From an archaeon (GTDB lineage Archaea > Micrarchaeota > Micrarchaeia > Norongarragalinales > UBA97), in contig JAGVFW010000014.1 in assembly GCA_020057405.1 (NCBI GenBank), positions 32,001 to 96,000 of the forward strand: DNA of 64,000 nucleotides, given 5' to 3'. The notes beneath the pieces were generated by a model, which ran no database searches, was not told the origin of the DNA, and saw nothing but the letters and a program-made list of their open reading frames with translations. Position numbers and translations under genes: made by a program. Below, piece after piece: positions 9,869-19,055 of this stretch (positions within the stretch are counted from its first letter, which is position 1; every line of letters begins with the position of its first letter).

Positions 9869-9953
9869 TGCAGGAGGGGGGATTTGAACCCCCGAACCCC
9901 TAAGGGAACAGACCCTGAATCTGTCACGTTTGACCAGGCTTCGCTACCCCTGC
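9869..9953 (-). tRNA. tRNA-Leu (anticodon CAG)
   Basis: Acceptor stem GCAGGGG/CTCCTGC + A; D-loop AGCCTGGTCAAA; anticodon stem ACAGA/TCTGT with loop TTCAGGG; long variable arm; GGTTCAAATCC T-arm; CCA not encoded. Confidence 0.95.
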
Positions 9954-10020
9954 GTGAAAACTAGGTTAACTAATTGTGGTTGGAAAGGGAAATAAAAGGT
10001 AGTGCGAAGATAGTAGTAGA

Positions 10021-10075
10021 GTGATGAAACTGTCCCAGTATGAGCTAACGCTTTGATTACCGAGGTAGCTTCTGA
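10021..10075 (+). ncRNA. Box C/D 2'-O-methylation guide sRNA
   Basis: C box GTGATGA, 12-nt guide AACTGTCCCAGT, D' ATGA, C' TTGATTA, 12-nt guide CCGAGGTAGCTT, D box CTGA, then a T-run; AT-rich TATA-like element ~25 bp upstream. Confidence 0.85.
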
Positions 10076-10099
10076 TTTTTCGTATTCCGGCGGTTGCTT

Positions 10100-10357
10100 A
10101 TGAAAATCATTAGGGGAATTGAGCGCAGGGAAGCGGAAAAGCTGCTTGAGCCCTTTGGGTTTGAGCCTATTCCCGGCACTAGATTCTGGAACCACGGGCA
10201 GACGAAAAGGTCGGTTTCAATGCCCGCCTCGAAATCTGGCAACTTGACCCGCGGCAATTTGGAGACGCTGCTGGCCCACGCCGAGTACGCCGAAGGCCTT
10301 ACCCACGCCCAGCAAAAAATAATTAAGAGAATCAGGCAGGTAATGACTCAAAAGTGA
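10100..10357 (+). CDS. HicA-like small protein
   Basis: LEPFGF...VSMP...LTRGNLETLL pattern resembles the HicA fold; the GSH His is absent. Confidence 0.45.
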   Translation: MKIIRGIERREAEKLLEPFGFEPIPGTRFWNHGQTKRSVSMPASKSGNLTRGNLETLLAHAEYAEGLTHAQQKIIKRIRQVMTQK

Positions 10358-10369
10358 GCACTCGCAAAC

Positions 10370-11140
10370 TCACGCTAATTTCTTGAAAAACTTCCTTAAC
10401 GCCTCCTTCACTTTAGCAGTGTGCTTTCGAAGGCGATGGTCTCCTCCCTTGATTAGCGAGAGCGTTGCGTTTGGCAAGTTCTTGGCGTAAGAACTGGCGT
10501 CCTTTACTGAGACGACTTTATCGCGGTTTCCGTGGAGTATGAGCACTGGCTGCTTGACGAGTGGAAGAAAGCCCGCCATTTCGTAAGTCCACTGGTCTTC
10601 CTTGAAAGCGTAATTTAGTCGGACGACTTTTTCACCGTCCTTTAGTTCGACAACGCCCTGCGCCATCCACTTGCTGAAATCGTAGGAGGTCGCCATCCAA
10701 GTCATTTTCTCCGGAAAGTCGTGAATTTTGTAGGGCGCGGCTATTGAGGCGACTGCGAAGACCTGGCCAAAACGGCTTGCTGCAATGAGCGCGTCAACCC
10801 CGCCCATTGAATGGCCGACGAGGCCGAACTCGTGCACTTTGCACTTGAGGAGCAAATACTCCATCGCCGCCTCGGCGTCACCAACTTGCTTGGAGTAGCT
10901 CGTTTCCTCGAACTTTCCTTTCGAGCGGCCGCAGCCGCTAAAGTCAAACCCAAGGGTAATGAAACCCAAATTTGCGACTTCCCGCATCCACGCGAGCTTG
11001 TTGGGCGTGTCGTGCCTGCCGTTAAAGCCGTGCAGGAAAACCACCGCCCTGCCGTTTGGCTTCTTGGGCGTAAAGAGCGTTCCCACAAGCCGCTCGCCGG
11101 AAGCGTTCTTGAAGGACACCTGCTTTTGAGAGATTTTCAC
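10370..11140 (-). CDS. Alpha/beta hydrolase
   Basis: LHG, FDFSGCGRS, GHSMGG, HGNRDKVV and GGDH motifs. Confidence 0.9.
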   Translation of the reverse strand: MKISQKQVSFKNASGERLVGTLFTPKKPNGRAVVFLHGFNGRHDTPNKLAWMREVANLGFITLGFDFSGCGRSKGKFEETSYSKQVGDAEAAMEYLLLKCKVHEFGLVGHSMGGVDALIAASRFGQVFAVASIAAPYKIHDFPEKMTWMATSYDFSKWMAQGVVELKDGEKVVRLNYAFKEDQWTYEMAGFLPLVKQPVLILHGNRDKVVSVKDASSYAKNLPNATLSLIKGGDHRLRKHTAKVKEALRKFFKKLA

Positions 11141-11202
11141 TAAGCAACTACTACGCCAAACAATCTTTTAAAAAGCAGGCACGCGGAAAGATTGTCAAAG
11201 GA

Positions 11203-11673
11203 ATGGACAAAATGGCTGGCTCAAAACTTGTCAGGAATGCGGGATGGCTTATAGCCGGGCTCGGTACGGGCTACGCGGTAGTCAATAAATTGAGGCAACT
11301 TTCCAAAAGAAAGGCACTCAAGAATGAAAGCCTTGAAAACCTGTCGCACCTCGCTGGCGTGTTCGAGGGCGTGATGGGCTACGCGGGGTTTGAGATGACG
11401 CCCTCGTCAAAGCACTCCGCTTACTCTGGCAACAACCTGACGCACGTGGGCTACACCTACGCAACCGAGCTTTCTGAAGAAGCTCAACTCAATGCACTCA
11501 AACTAGCTAGCCAGCACTTCACCCAGGAGACTAAAAAGCACTTGGTCATTGACCACGACGAGCACGTAGCGAGAATGAACGCCGGAGGCAACGCGTATCC
11601 CATCGTAATAACACACGGCGGACAAGCGCATCGATTCAACGGCAAAACCTGGAGCCATGAAAGACTAAGATAA
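11203..11673 (+). CDS. Hypothetical protein
   Basis: ORF with upstream TTTTAAAA element; no recognisable family. Confidence 0.6.
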   Translation: MDKMAGSKLVRNAGWLIAGLGTGYAVVNKLRQLSKRKALKNESLENLSHLAGVFEGVMGYAGFEMTPSSKHSAYSGNNLTHVGYTYATELSEEAQLNALKLASQHFTQETKKHLVIDHDEHVARMNAGGNAYPIVITHGGQAHRFNGKTWSHERLR

Positions 11674-11687
11674 GGAGTTGATTTCTA

Positions 11688-12320
11688 ATGCCTGCAAAGA
11701 AAACTTCAAAAGTAAGTTCAAAAGCCGCTTCAAGGCCAGCGGCAAAGTCCGGCAACGGCCTCTCGGCAATGCCTAGGCTGTGGCTTGAGTCGCTCATTAA
11801 GCCTGCCATCACATTTAGCTCGCAGAAAGGCAACGCCGACTGGGGCCACGCTTTCCTCAACTACGCAATCGCCGGGGCCTTGGGCGGCCTCTTGGCGGCA
11901 CTGCTTTACGCCGGCATCGTGGCGACAATCTTTCCGTTCGCTGGCGCAATTTCCTTCGCGTTCGTCACCGCCATCGGCGCTGTCGCGTTTATCGTCGGCT
12001 CGCTCTTGGTTACGCTCGTGCTCTTCGTCTTCGCCAAAATCTTTGGCGGCAAGGGCTCGTTTAAGTCAATGTACTACTGCATGTCGCTTTACTCCGTGCC
12101 CCTTTCGCTAGTCTACCAGCTGCCTTTCGCGGGATGGCTTGCGGCCCTATACGGCATTTACCTCCAAGTGCTTGCCGTTCGCCAGACGCAGGAGTTTACA
12201 ACCGCCAGGGCAGTCGCAACCGTGTTCATACCCCTAGTGCTTGCAGTCCTGGTCGTGCTCGTGCTGCTGCTCTTGGTTTTCGTCTCAGTAGCACAATCGG
12301 TTGCAGGCGGCATCGGCTAG
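11688..12320 (+). CDS. Yip1-like membrane protein
   Basis: Five hydrophobic segments, LIKP..TF and KIFGGKGSF motifs; AGGAG SD. Confidence 0.75.
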   Translation: MPAKKTSKVSSKAASRPAAKSGNGLSAMPRLWLESLIKPAITFSSQKGNADWGHAFLNYAIAGALGGLLAALLYAGIVATIFPFAGAISFAFVTAIGAVAFIVGSLLVTLVLFVFAKIFGGKGSFKSMYYCMSLYSVPLSLVYQLPFAGWLAALYGIYLQVLAVRQTQEFTTARAVATVFIPLVLAVLVVLVLLLLVFVSVAQSVAGGIG

Positions 12321-12334
12321 ACTGCGAGGGCAAG

Positions 12335-12763
12335 TCAGCCGCGGGATTTAAGAAACGCCTGTCCGCTAACCATGACTTTTCTGTCGCTATCGTAAGTCAG
12401 CCTCGCGGACGCTTCCTCAAAAGGCAGCCAAACCGCTTCAGTGTGCTCGCGGCTTAGGGCAAGTTTGGGGTTGCCGTCAACTTGCGCCAAGAAAAACGCG
12501 ACGGTCTTGTGCACGGGGGCGCCCAGCTTCTTGAAAAAGTACGCGATTTCTTCCCTAAAGCCCTCGTCAAAGTGCAGTGAGGACGCAGGGATGCCGGTTT
12601 CCTCGGTGAGTTCGCGCAAGGCAGTCTGGCGCTCGGTCTCGCCTGCCTCGACATGGCCCTTGCAGAAGCTCCAGTGGCCTGCGCCGTAGTGCAGCACGAG
12701 GAAAAGGCGCTCGCCGGCCTCGAGGCGGTAGAGGAGGATGCCTGACGACTTTTCTTGCGGCAT
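12335..12763 (-). CDS. NUDIX hydrolase (Ap4A hydrolase-like)
   Basis: GHWSFCKGHVEAGETERQTALRELTEETG Nudix box; LSREH motif. Confidence 0.9.
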   Translation of the reverse strand: MPQEKSSGILLYRLEAGERLFLVLHYGAGHWSFCKGHVEAGETERQTALRELTEETGIPASSLHFDEGFREEIAYFFKKLGAPVHKTVAFFLAQVDGNPKLALSREHTEAVWLPFEEASARLTYDSDRKVMVSGQAFLKSRG

Positions 12764-12884
12764 AAGCACTTTGCAGTGCCGCAAGAAATAAATACTTGCG
12801 CTGCACCATAGACAATTGTCGAACGCCCGCTGGTTTGGGGCTTATGCCGTATTTCGTTGTTACCCGGCGAATTGAGACAAAATC

Positions 12885-13103
12885 ATGGACCCGCAGCTAG
12901 TACTAGCACCGAAACCCCACTTCTTGGCCGCGTTGTTGATGTTTATGTTCATAACATGGATGGCAGTCGAAGACAGCCGGTTCACTAGAGGCCTGCTTAT
13001 TGTGCCCATTTTCACGCTCTTCTTCTGCTTCCTAGTCTTCTACGGCATGGAAGTCAGCCTCGCGATGGGCGGCAAGCAAAACGGCGGCACTAGCACGGCT
13101 TAA
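12885..13103 (+). CDS. Small two-helix membrane protein
   Basis: Two hydrophobic stretches; abuts the glycosylase gene. Confidence 0.5.
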   Translation: MDPQLVLAPKPHFLAALLMFMFITWMAVEDSRFTRGLLIVPIFTLFFCFLVFYGMEVSLAMGGKQNGGTSTA

Positions 13104-13104
13104 T

Positions 13105-13914
13105 TTGCTTTGGCAGCTCAAAAGCTTGCTTGTGGAAAAGATTTTCGCCAACCTCAAGCTCACGATGGAGAGCGGCCAACCCCCGCACTTTCTCTGGCAC
13201 CAAAAAGACGGCCGATACTCAAGGAAAATCGGCGGCCAGCTCATTACACTACGCGAGGAAGGCGGGCGCGTCAGGGCTAGTGCGGGCCACGAGAAACACG
13301 CGGCCGAACTCCTGCGGTCCTGTGACGACCTGCAAGAGATTTACGCAACCATTTCAACCGACGCCACCATCAAGCGCGCCATTAGCCGTTACTCCGGCAT
13401 GCGCTTGACGAAAAACGACGAGTGGGAAACTACCGTTGCCTTCCTTTGCTCGCAGAATTCCAACCTCAAGCGCATCCGCGCAAACGTGCAGGGAATGCTG
13501 GGCAACGACGGCATGGTCCTGTCGGCGCAAGCGCTTGCGAAAACAAACTTGCGCAAACTAAACCTCGGCTACCGCGAGCCCTACCTCAAGGGCACGGCTG
13601 CAATGGTCGCAGGCGGCGAGTTTGACTTTGCCGGCGTGAAGAAACTAAACTATGCCGACGCGCGCGAGGAACTCCAGGAGCTTCCGGGAGTGGGGCCCAA
13701 AGTCGCAGACTGCATCCTCCTTTACGGCTTTGGCAGGCTTGAGGCGTTTCCCAATGACGTGTGGATTGGCAGGGCGATGTCAAAATGGTATGGCGTGTCA
13801 AGCCCGAAAAAAGTCGAGGCTTTTGTGCAACGCAGGTGGGGTCCGCTAGCAGGATACGCGCAACAATATCTTTTCGCCTTGGCCCGCGATGAAATTTCAC
13901 GACAGCGCCCCTGA
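13105..13914 (+). CDS. ogg1: 8-oxoguanine DNA glycosylase (Ogg1-like, HhH-GPD)
   Basis: SGQ N-terminal motif, FLCSQNS, HhH LPGVGPKVADC, FPNDVW, AGYAQQYLF. Confidence 0.88.
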   Translation: MLWQLKSLLVEKIFANLKLTMESGQPPHFLWHQKDGRYSRKIGGQLITLREEGGRVRASAGHEKHAAELLRSCDDLQEIYATISTDATIKRAISRYSGMRLTKNDEWETTVAFLCSQNSNLKRIRANVQGMLGNDGMVLSAQALAKTNLRKLNLGYREPYLKGTAAMVAGGEFDFAGVKKLNYADAREELQELPGVGPKVADCILLYGFGRLEAFPNDVWIGRAMSKWYGVSSPKKVEAFVQRRWGPLAGYAQQYLFALARDEISRQRP

Positions 13915-13926
13915 CGCGTCAAAGAG

Positions 13927-14088
13927 CTAGTCCCACAAGTTGGGCTTGCTGTTGCGAGAATACTTCTTTGTTCGGGCAAGGATTGTTTTAGCTTGTTCGG
14001 CGGACAACGTGTTCGCTTTCTTCCAAGCTTTTGTCTGCTTGGCCCGCTGCACAAGCTCTTCGGGCTTAAGGGCATGAATTTGATCCAC
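13927..14088 (-). CDS. Small basic hypothetical protein (53 aa)
   Basis: Fills the gap downstream of the GH gene: MDQIHALKPEELVQRAKQTKAWKKANT... Confidence 0.35.
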   Translation of the reverse strand: MDQIHALKPEELVQRAKQTKAWKKANTLSAEQAKTILARTKKYSRNSKPNLWD

Positions 14089-14095
14089 GCGCACC

Positions 14096-16444
14096 CTAGG
14101 CGGGCGAGAGCTTGATTACAATCACTTCGTCAGGCACCTGGAGAGACAGCACGCTTACTGAAGGGTAGGTGGATGCCGGCTGGGCTGAAGTTCTTGGCAC
14201 GTAGACTGCGGCGTCGTAGTTTGCGCCAAAAGTCAGCGTTACCGGCTCGGCGTAGGTGTTGTCATCGCTTGGCACTTCGCTCCACAAGGCGAGGAAATAG
14301 TCGCCGTTAGACTTTTGGAAGAGGGCGTGCTTGACGACCGCGGAATTGGCATCGATAGTGTAAGAGAATTTGCTTGCAAACACACTCGCGCCGGGCTCCT
14401 TGAGGAGGGAAACGAGATTCTTAAGCGCCGTGAAAGCGGGCTTAGGAGTGCCGTCGTAGTGCACCATACCAAAGTGGTGCTGCAGGTCGGTGGCATTTGT
14501 GCCCTCATCAAGGAATTCGTAGACGTAGGCGCGCTTGTAGCCCAAGTTCATGGCACTCAAGAGCGCGCGTGGCAAGTACTTTGCCTGCACGGTCTCGGTG
14601 ACAGGCGCGTGCGGGTCGTTGGCCCACGAGCTGGTGTGGTAGCCGATTTCAGTCAAGTACATTGGCTTTCCGGCAAACGGCCGGCCGCGGTTGACCATGT
14701 CCGCGTAGAGTTCGGGGCTGCCGGGGTAAAGGGGATAAGAGTGCACGTTGCCTAAACTCACCCAGGGTGTCAGGTCTCCCCAAAGCGTGCAGTTGGCGTA
14801 AATTACGCAAGTCGCGCCTATGATGGGCGTTGATGCAGTCACCGGGTCGGCGCGGAAGACCTCGAAAATTCGCTGCGTGTAGTTGCGCAGCGTGAGGACC
14901 GCGTTGGGATCCCACTTCTTGTAGTCGTACTCGTTTGGCCCCTCAATATATTCCATTGCCGCCAGGCCTATTTCTTTGAAGCGCAAGAGTGCGGCCTCGG
15001 CAGTAATCCATTGCGGCGAGATTGTCGAGCCTATCTTGACTCCATTTGCGCCCAAGTCCGCCATGCGTTGGCGGTGTGTGGCGTTTGAAGGCAGGTCGCC
15101 GTCGCGCACGTGGCGGACTCCAAGCTCAAGTAGCCGCGGCTTTAGTAGCAAGTCGTAGTTCTGGTAGGAGTTAAACGAAGTGCCGTCAGAGTAAGGCGGC
15201 TCGAAGCGGTAGCTTATGTGCACGTTGACGCCGAAGAAATCCACAAACGAGTCTGACGGTGCGGGGCTCTCCTGAAGCTGGGTGACTTGCGAAATGCCGG
15301 CCGCTTGCGAGACTTCCCCTCCGCTTAGCGCCCGCGAGTAGACCCGCACGTCGTCAAGCGTGCCGTCCCAGACTGGGGCGTAGATGACAACCCCCGGAGT
15401 GAACGGGCCATTGGCTGTTGTCGTGTGCTTGAGGCCAACGAATTTGCTTGCCAAAAGCGCGCCGTCAAGGAATATGCTGAAGCGGTTGCCGTCGTAAGTG
15501 CAGGCGACATGATGCCACTCCCCGGCAGACACTGGCGTTGGCGAAGTAGGCTCGAGGGAAACGATTTCGTTTGAGTCGGTGCGCATGGAGCATGCCCATG
15601 AGTCGGTCCACCCGCTCCAGCCGAGCTTGATTTGGGAAGGCGACCCCTTCTTCTCGATGCCGCCCATCCATCCGTCCGGAAGGCCCGCCTGCAGGCCGGT
15701 TGCGTGCTTGAACCAGCCCATCACGGTGAAGGACCCGTCAAGGGCAAGGGACGGCGATTGCGAAACGTTGAGGTATTTTGAGGAAGGCGAGGTGCGAAGG
15801 CCGTTGCCGCTGTGGCCGGCTACGATGTCGCTTGAGTCGCCTGAAAGGAATTTTCCGTTGTTGCCGTAAGCCGTGCCGTCAAAAACGTGGGTGGCGTTGT
15901 AGCTCTCGAAATCCCAGCTTCCCCGCAGGCTCGCGTCGGGAGTGGGCGAGGGTGAAGGCGAGGGCGTTGAGGTCGGAGAAGGTGTCGGAGTTGATGATGG
16001 GCCCGGCGTTGGCGTCGGAGTTGCTACAACTGTCGGCGTAGGCGAACCGACAGGAGTTGCGGTTGGCCTTGGCGTTGGTGATATGGAGGCCAAAGGCGTT
16101 GGCGTGAGTTGCGTGATGACGCAGAGCTCGCTTGAAACAATTGCGACGCCGGCACAGCGGGCGTGGCACTCGTTGAAATAGTTTTGCCGGTCGGAACCGC
16201 AAACCGGACGGTAGACCGCAGGGCAATCGCAATTGTCAACAAAAACTGGCGTTGGAAGCGGCGTTGGCGCGGGAGTCACGACCTGCGGTTTTGGCGTGGG
16301 AGTTGGGAGAATAGTTTTTGAGTGCGGCAACTTGCCTGCTGAAATGTCTTCAAACTGCGTCTTAAGAGCGAAAAGCGCGGCGAGAAGAAGTACGACGAGA
16401 AGCATTGCCGCTAGGCCGGAATTGACAAAACCGCGCTTAGTCAT
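14096..16444 (-). CDS. Surface protein: Kazal domain, PT linker, LamG domain and clan GH-A glycoside hydrolase
   Basis: CDCPAVYRPVCGSD..YFNECHARC (Kazal); PT repeats; WHHVACTYDG..LDDVRVYSRAL (LamG); EGPNE and LTEIGY catalytic Glu motifs; KRG/F + hydrophobic N-terminus. Confidence 0.85.
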   Translation of the reverse strand: MTKRGFVNSGLAAMLLVVLLLAALFALKTQFEDISAGKLPHSKTILPTPTPKPQVVTPAPTPLPTPVFVDNCDCPAVYRPVCGSDRQNYFNECHARCAGVAIVSSELCVITQLTPTPLASISPTPRPTATPVGSPTPTVVATPTPTPGPSSTPTPSPTSTPSPSPSPTPDASLRGSWDFESYNATHVFDGTAYGNNGKFLSGDSSDIVAGHSGNGLRTSPSSKYLNVSQSPSLALDGSFTVMGWFKHATGLQAGLPDGWMGGIEKKGSPSQIKLGWSGWTDSWACSMRTDSNEIVSLEPTSPTPVSAGEWHHVACTYDGNRFSIFLDGALLASKFVGLKHTTTANGPFTPGVVIYAPVWDGTLDDVRVYSRALSGGEVSQAAGISQVTQLQESPAPSDSFVDFFGVNVHISYRFEPPYSDGTSFNSYQNYDLLLKPRLLELGVRHVRDGDLPSNATHRQRMADLGANGVKIGSTISPQWITAEAALLRFKEIGLAAMEYIEGPNEYDYKKWDPNAVLTLRNYTQRIFEVFRADPVTASTPIIGATCVIYANCTLWGDLTPWVSLGNVHSYPLYPGSPELYADMVNRGRPFAGKPMYLTEIGYHTSSWANDPHAPVTETVQAKYLPRALLSAMNLGYKRAYVYEFLDEGTNATDLQHHFGMVHYDGTPKPAFTALKNLVSLLKEPGASVFASKFSYTIDANSAVVKHALFQKSNGDYFLALWSEVPSDDNTYAEPVTLTFGANYDAAVYVPRTSAQPASTYPSVSVLSLQVPDEVIVIKLSPA

Positions 16445-16590
16445 TTTGCTTATGTGATAAGACGGCTGGCCTTTTTTTGGTTTGCGCTTGCAGGGGGGAA
16501 GCCTGCAAAGTATAATAAGCGTTCAGCGCAGCTATACTGTCTAGCGCCTTCTAGTATTCGGAGCGCTTTTTCATCTGGGGGGTGCCCGAC

Positions 16591-16836
16591 ATGTCCGACG
16601 TTGCTAAAATTGTTTCCTTCCTAGACCAGCTTTTGGACGACACTTCAGTCCCGAAGAACGTCCGCGCGTCAATAGCCGCCGCCAAGGACCGACTGCTTTC
16701 GGCAGAGGGCGGGGCGGGAGTCGCCTCGGCAATCTATTCACTCGACGAGGTAAGCAGCGACATCAACATGCCGATGCATGCCAGGACAATCATCTGGAAC
16801 ATCCTCTCAGAACTCGAATCGATGAAGCGCGACTAA
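16591..16836 (+). CDS. UPF0147 family protein
   Basis: DTSVPKNVR..AIYSLDEVSSDINMPMHARTIIWNILSELE signature of this archaeal family. Confidence 0.85.
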   Translation: MSDVAKIVSFLDQLLDDTSVPKNVRASIAAAKDRLLSAEGGAGVASAIYSLDEVSSDINMPMHARTIIWNILSELESMKRD

Positions 16837-16844
16837 GAAGCCAA

Positions 16845-17330
16845 CTAGCTTTCCGCAGTCACCACGTTCGGCATCATCCGATAATCTTCTTTTACAGTGT
16901 TTAGCACCACGTGGGTGTTGCTTGACTGCACTTTATCGATTGCGAGAATCTTTTTCACCAATCGCGAGAACTCGCTCCTTGACTTGACGCGGGCAATTAC
17001 CATGCTGTCGCGCTCGCCCGTCACATCATAGACGGAAACCACGCCCGGCATTTGCGCAATCTTGCGCTGCACCTCAAGCAGGGCGCCCTTTGCAATCGTC
17101 ACCTCGATTATGGCTGTGAACTCATAGCCAAGGCGCGAGTAGTCAAAGTCAGCAGTGTAGCCAAGCACCACGCCAGACTTCTCAAGCCGGTGCAGCCGCT
17201 GGATGATTGTTGCTGGCGACGCATGAAGCTTGTCCGCGAGCTTGCGGAAACTGGTTCTTGAATCACGGCGCAATTCCTCAAGCAAACGCGCGTCAAGCCC
17301 GTCCAACTCAACAGCCAATTGTTCAGCCAC
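16845..17330 (-). CDS. Lrp/AsnC family transcriptional regulator
   Basis: LDARLLEELRRDSRTSFRKLA HTH and YDVTGERD RAM-domain motif; divergent from glnA. Confidence 0.92.
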   Translation of the reverse strand: MAEQLAVELDGLDARLLEELRRDSRTSFRKLADKLHASPATIIQRLHRLEKSGVVLGYTADFDYSRLGYEFTAIIEVTIAKGALLEVQRKIAQMPGVVSVYDVTGERDSMVIARVKSRSEFSRLVKKILAIDKVQSSNTHVVLNTVKEDYRMMPNVVTAES

Positions 17331-17486
17331 CGACCAAAAACACCTCAAAAAGATAATCAAATGCACCTATTTAACCCTTAGCACTCAACAAACGTTCAAT
17401 AATCGCGTTAAAGGCAATAAATTTATTAACTAGCAGTTTCCTCAACGGCTTAGTATTTTTTAACGGTTCTTTAGGGGGGAGTCTAG

Positions 17487-18899
17487 ATGGTTGGGGATGG
17501 CATTAGTCTTCTGGAGTTTTTCAAGCGCGACAAGATTCGGTGGGTTGACCTGCAGTTCGTCGACGTCACGGGTGCGCTTCAGCACATTACCGTCCCGGCG
17601 CACACCATCGGCGAGGAGGACCTGAAAAACGGCATCGGCAAGCTCGACGGTTCCTCAATCAAGGGGTTCAAGGCCATCTTCGAGAGCGACATGATACTCA
17701 TGCCGGCGGCCTCAACCTACGCGAAAATCCCGTGGGAGCCGGACACTGCCCGCGTCTTCTGCGACATCTACGAATCGGGAGGAAAGGAGCGCTTTAGCCG
17801 CGACAGCCGATTCATGGCACAAAAGGCCGAAGCGGAACTTGCAAAGAACGGCTTTGACGTGAGCTACTGGGGCCCCGAGGCGGAGTTCTTTGTCTTTGAC
17901 GGCGTCAAGGTCGATGCCTTAACGCCGTATAAGGGTCAAAGCTACGAAATCATTTCCCGCGAGGCAGCGTGGTCAAGCGAGGGGACGAACTACCCCATCC
18001 GCTTCAAGGAAGGCTACTACCCGACCCCGCCTGTCGACACGCTCCAAGAATTCCGGCGCGTTGCGTGCAACATGCTTGAAGACGCCTTTGGCATGCGCAT
18101 CGACGCGCACCACCACGAGGTCGCAACCGCCGGGCAAGTCGAGATTGACATGCACTACGACTCGCTACTAAAGATGGCCGACCAGCTCGTCACCTACAAG
18201 TATGCAATCAAGAACGCGGCTGCCCAGATGGGCAAGATAGTGACTTTCATGCCCAAGCCCCTCTTTGGCGACAACGGCAGCGGCATGCACGTGCACCAGA
18301 GCCTGTGGGCAGCAGGGCGAAACAAGTTCTATGACGAAAGCGACAAGTACGCGCAAGTCTCGCAAGCCTGCCGATACTACATCGGCGGCATCCTCAAGCA
18401 CGGCCGCGCGCTTTCGGCGCTCTTGTCACCGACAACGAACAGCTACAAGCGTCTCGTGCCAGGCTACGAAGCGCCAATTTATTTGGCCTGGAGCAGGCGC
18501 AACCGCTCGGCAGCCGTCCGCATCCCCGCCTACCACTCTAACGAGGGTGCAAAACGCATCGAGTACCGCTCGCCCGATCCTGCTGCCAACCCCTACGTCG
18601 CCTTTGCGGCAATGGCCGCAGCCGGCCTTGACGGCATCAAGCACAAGATTGAGCCCGGCGACCCGATTGACGAAAACATCTGGCACCTTAGCCCGGCGAA
18701 GCGGCGCGAGCTTGGCGTGCACGAGCTGCCGGGCAGTCTTGAGGAAGCCGTTCTCGAGCTTGAAGCGAACCACAAGTTCCTTGAGCCAATCTTCACCGAG
18801 GACTTCATCATCGCCTACGCTGACCTCAAGCGCGAGGAAGCAAAGCAAAACTCGATTCGGCCGACGCCCTACGAATTCCAGCAGTACCTAGACGTTTAA
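17487..18899 (+). CDS. glnA: Glutamine synthetase type I
   Basis: DGSSIKGF, HHEVATAGQ, FMPKP..DNGSGMHVHQS, NSYKRLVPGYEAP, RIEYRSPDP. Confidence 0.97.
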   Translation: MVGDGISLLEFFKRDKIRWVDLQFVDVTGALQHITVPAHTIGEEDLKNGIGKLDGSSIKGFKAIFESDMILMPAASTYAKIPWEPDTARVFCDIYESGGKERFSRDSRFMAQKAEAELAKNGFDVSYWGPEAEFFVFDGVKVDALTPYKGQSYEIISREAAWSSEGTNYPIRFKEGYYPTPPVDTLQEFRRVACNMLEDAFGMRIDAHHHEVATAGQVEIDMHYDSLLKMADQLVTYKYAIKNAAAQMGKIVTFMPKPLFGDNGSGMHVHQSLWAAGRNKFYDESDKYAQVSQACRYYIGGILKHGRALSALLSPTTNSYKRLVPGYEAPIYLAWSRRNRSAAVRIPAYHSNEGAKRIEYRSPDPAANPYVAFAAMAAAGLDGIKHKIEPGDPIDENIWHLSPAKRRELGVHELPGSLEEAVLELEANHKFLEPIFTEDFIIAYADLKREEAKQNSIRPTPYEFQQYLDV

Positions 18900-18925
18900 C
18901 AAGAGTCAGGCAACCCCCGAGGCAA

Positions 18926-18982
18926 AGACAGGCGGTTAAGTCACCGCCTAGTCTCATTCAAGGACGCTTTCCAAGAAGCGTC
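18926..18982 (+). terminator. Two tandem stem-loops after glnA (terminator or processing signal)
   Basis: AGAC-AGGCGGT/ACCGCCT-A-GTCT and GACGCTT/AAGCGTC inverted repeats. Confidence 0.45.
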
Positions 18983-19055
18983 AGTTAGCGCAAGCATTCA
19001 TAACCAAGGCTAATCACAAGCGCTTTAATTCAGCTCAAGCAATATCCATACGAAA

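Noticed and set aside
9864-9900. tRNA-Leu 3' end as an integration (att) site
   Set aside because: I found no duplicated tRNA 3' sequence and no integrase in the window.
15935-16110. Tandem DNA repeat in the GH gene
   Set aside because: Ordinary Pro/Thr/Ser linker coding sequence.
18900-19055. Riboswitch upstream of the cation antiporter
   Set aside because: Two hairpins are present but match no riboswitch consensus I know; a separate TATA-like element lies just before the antiporter.
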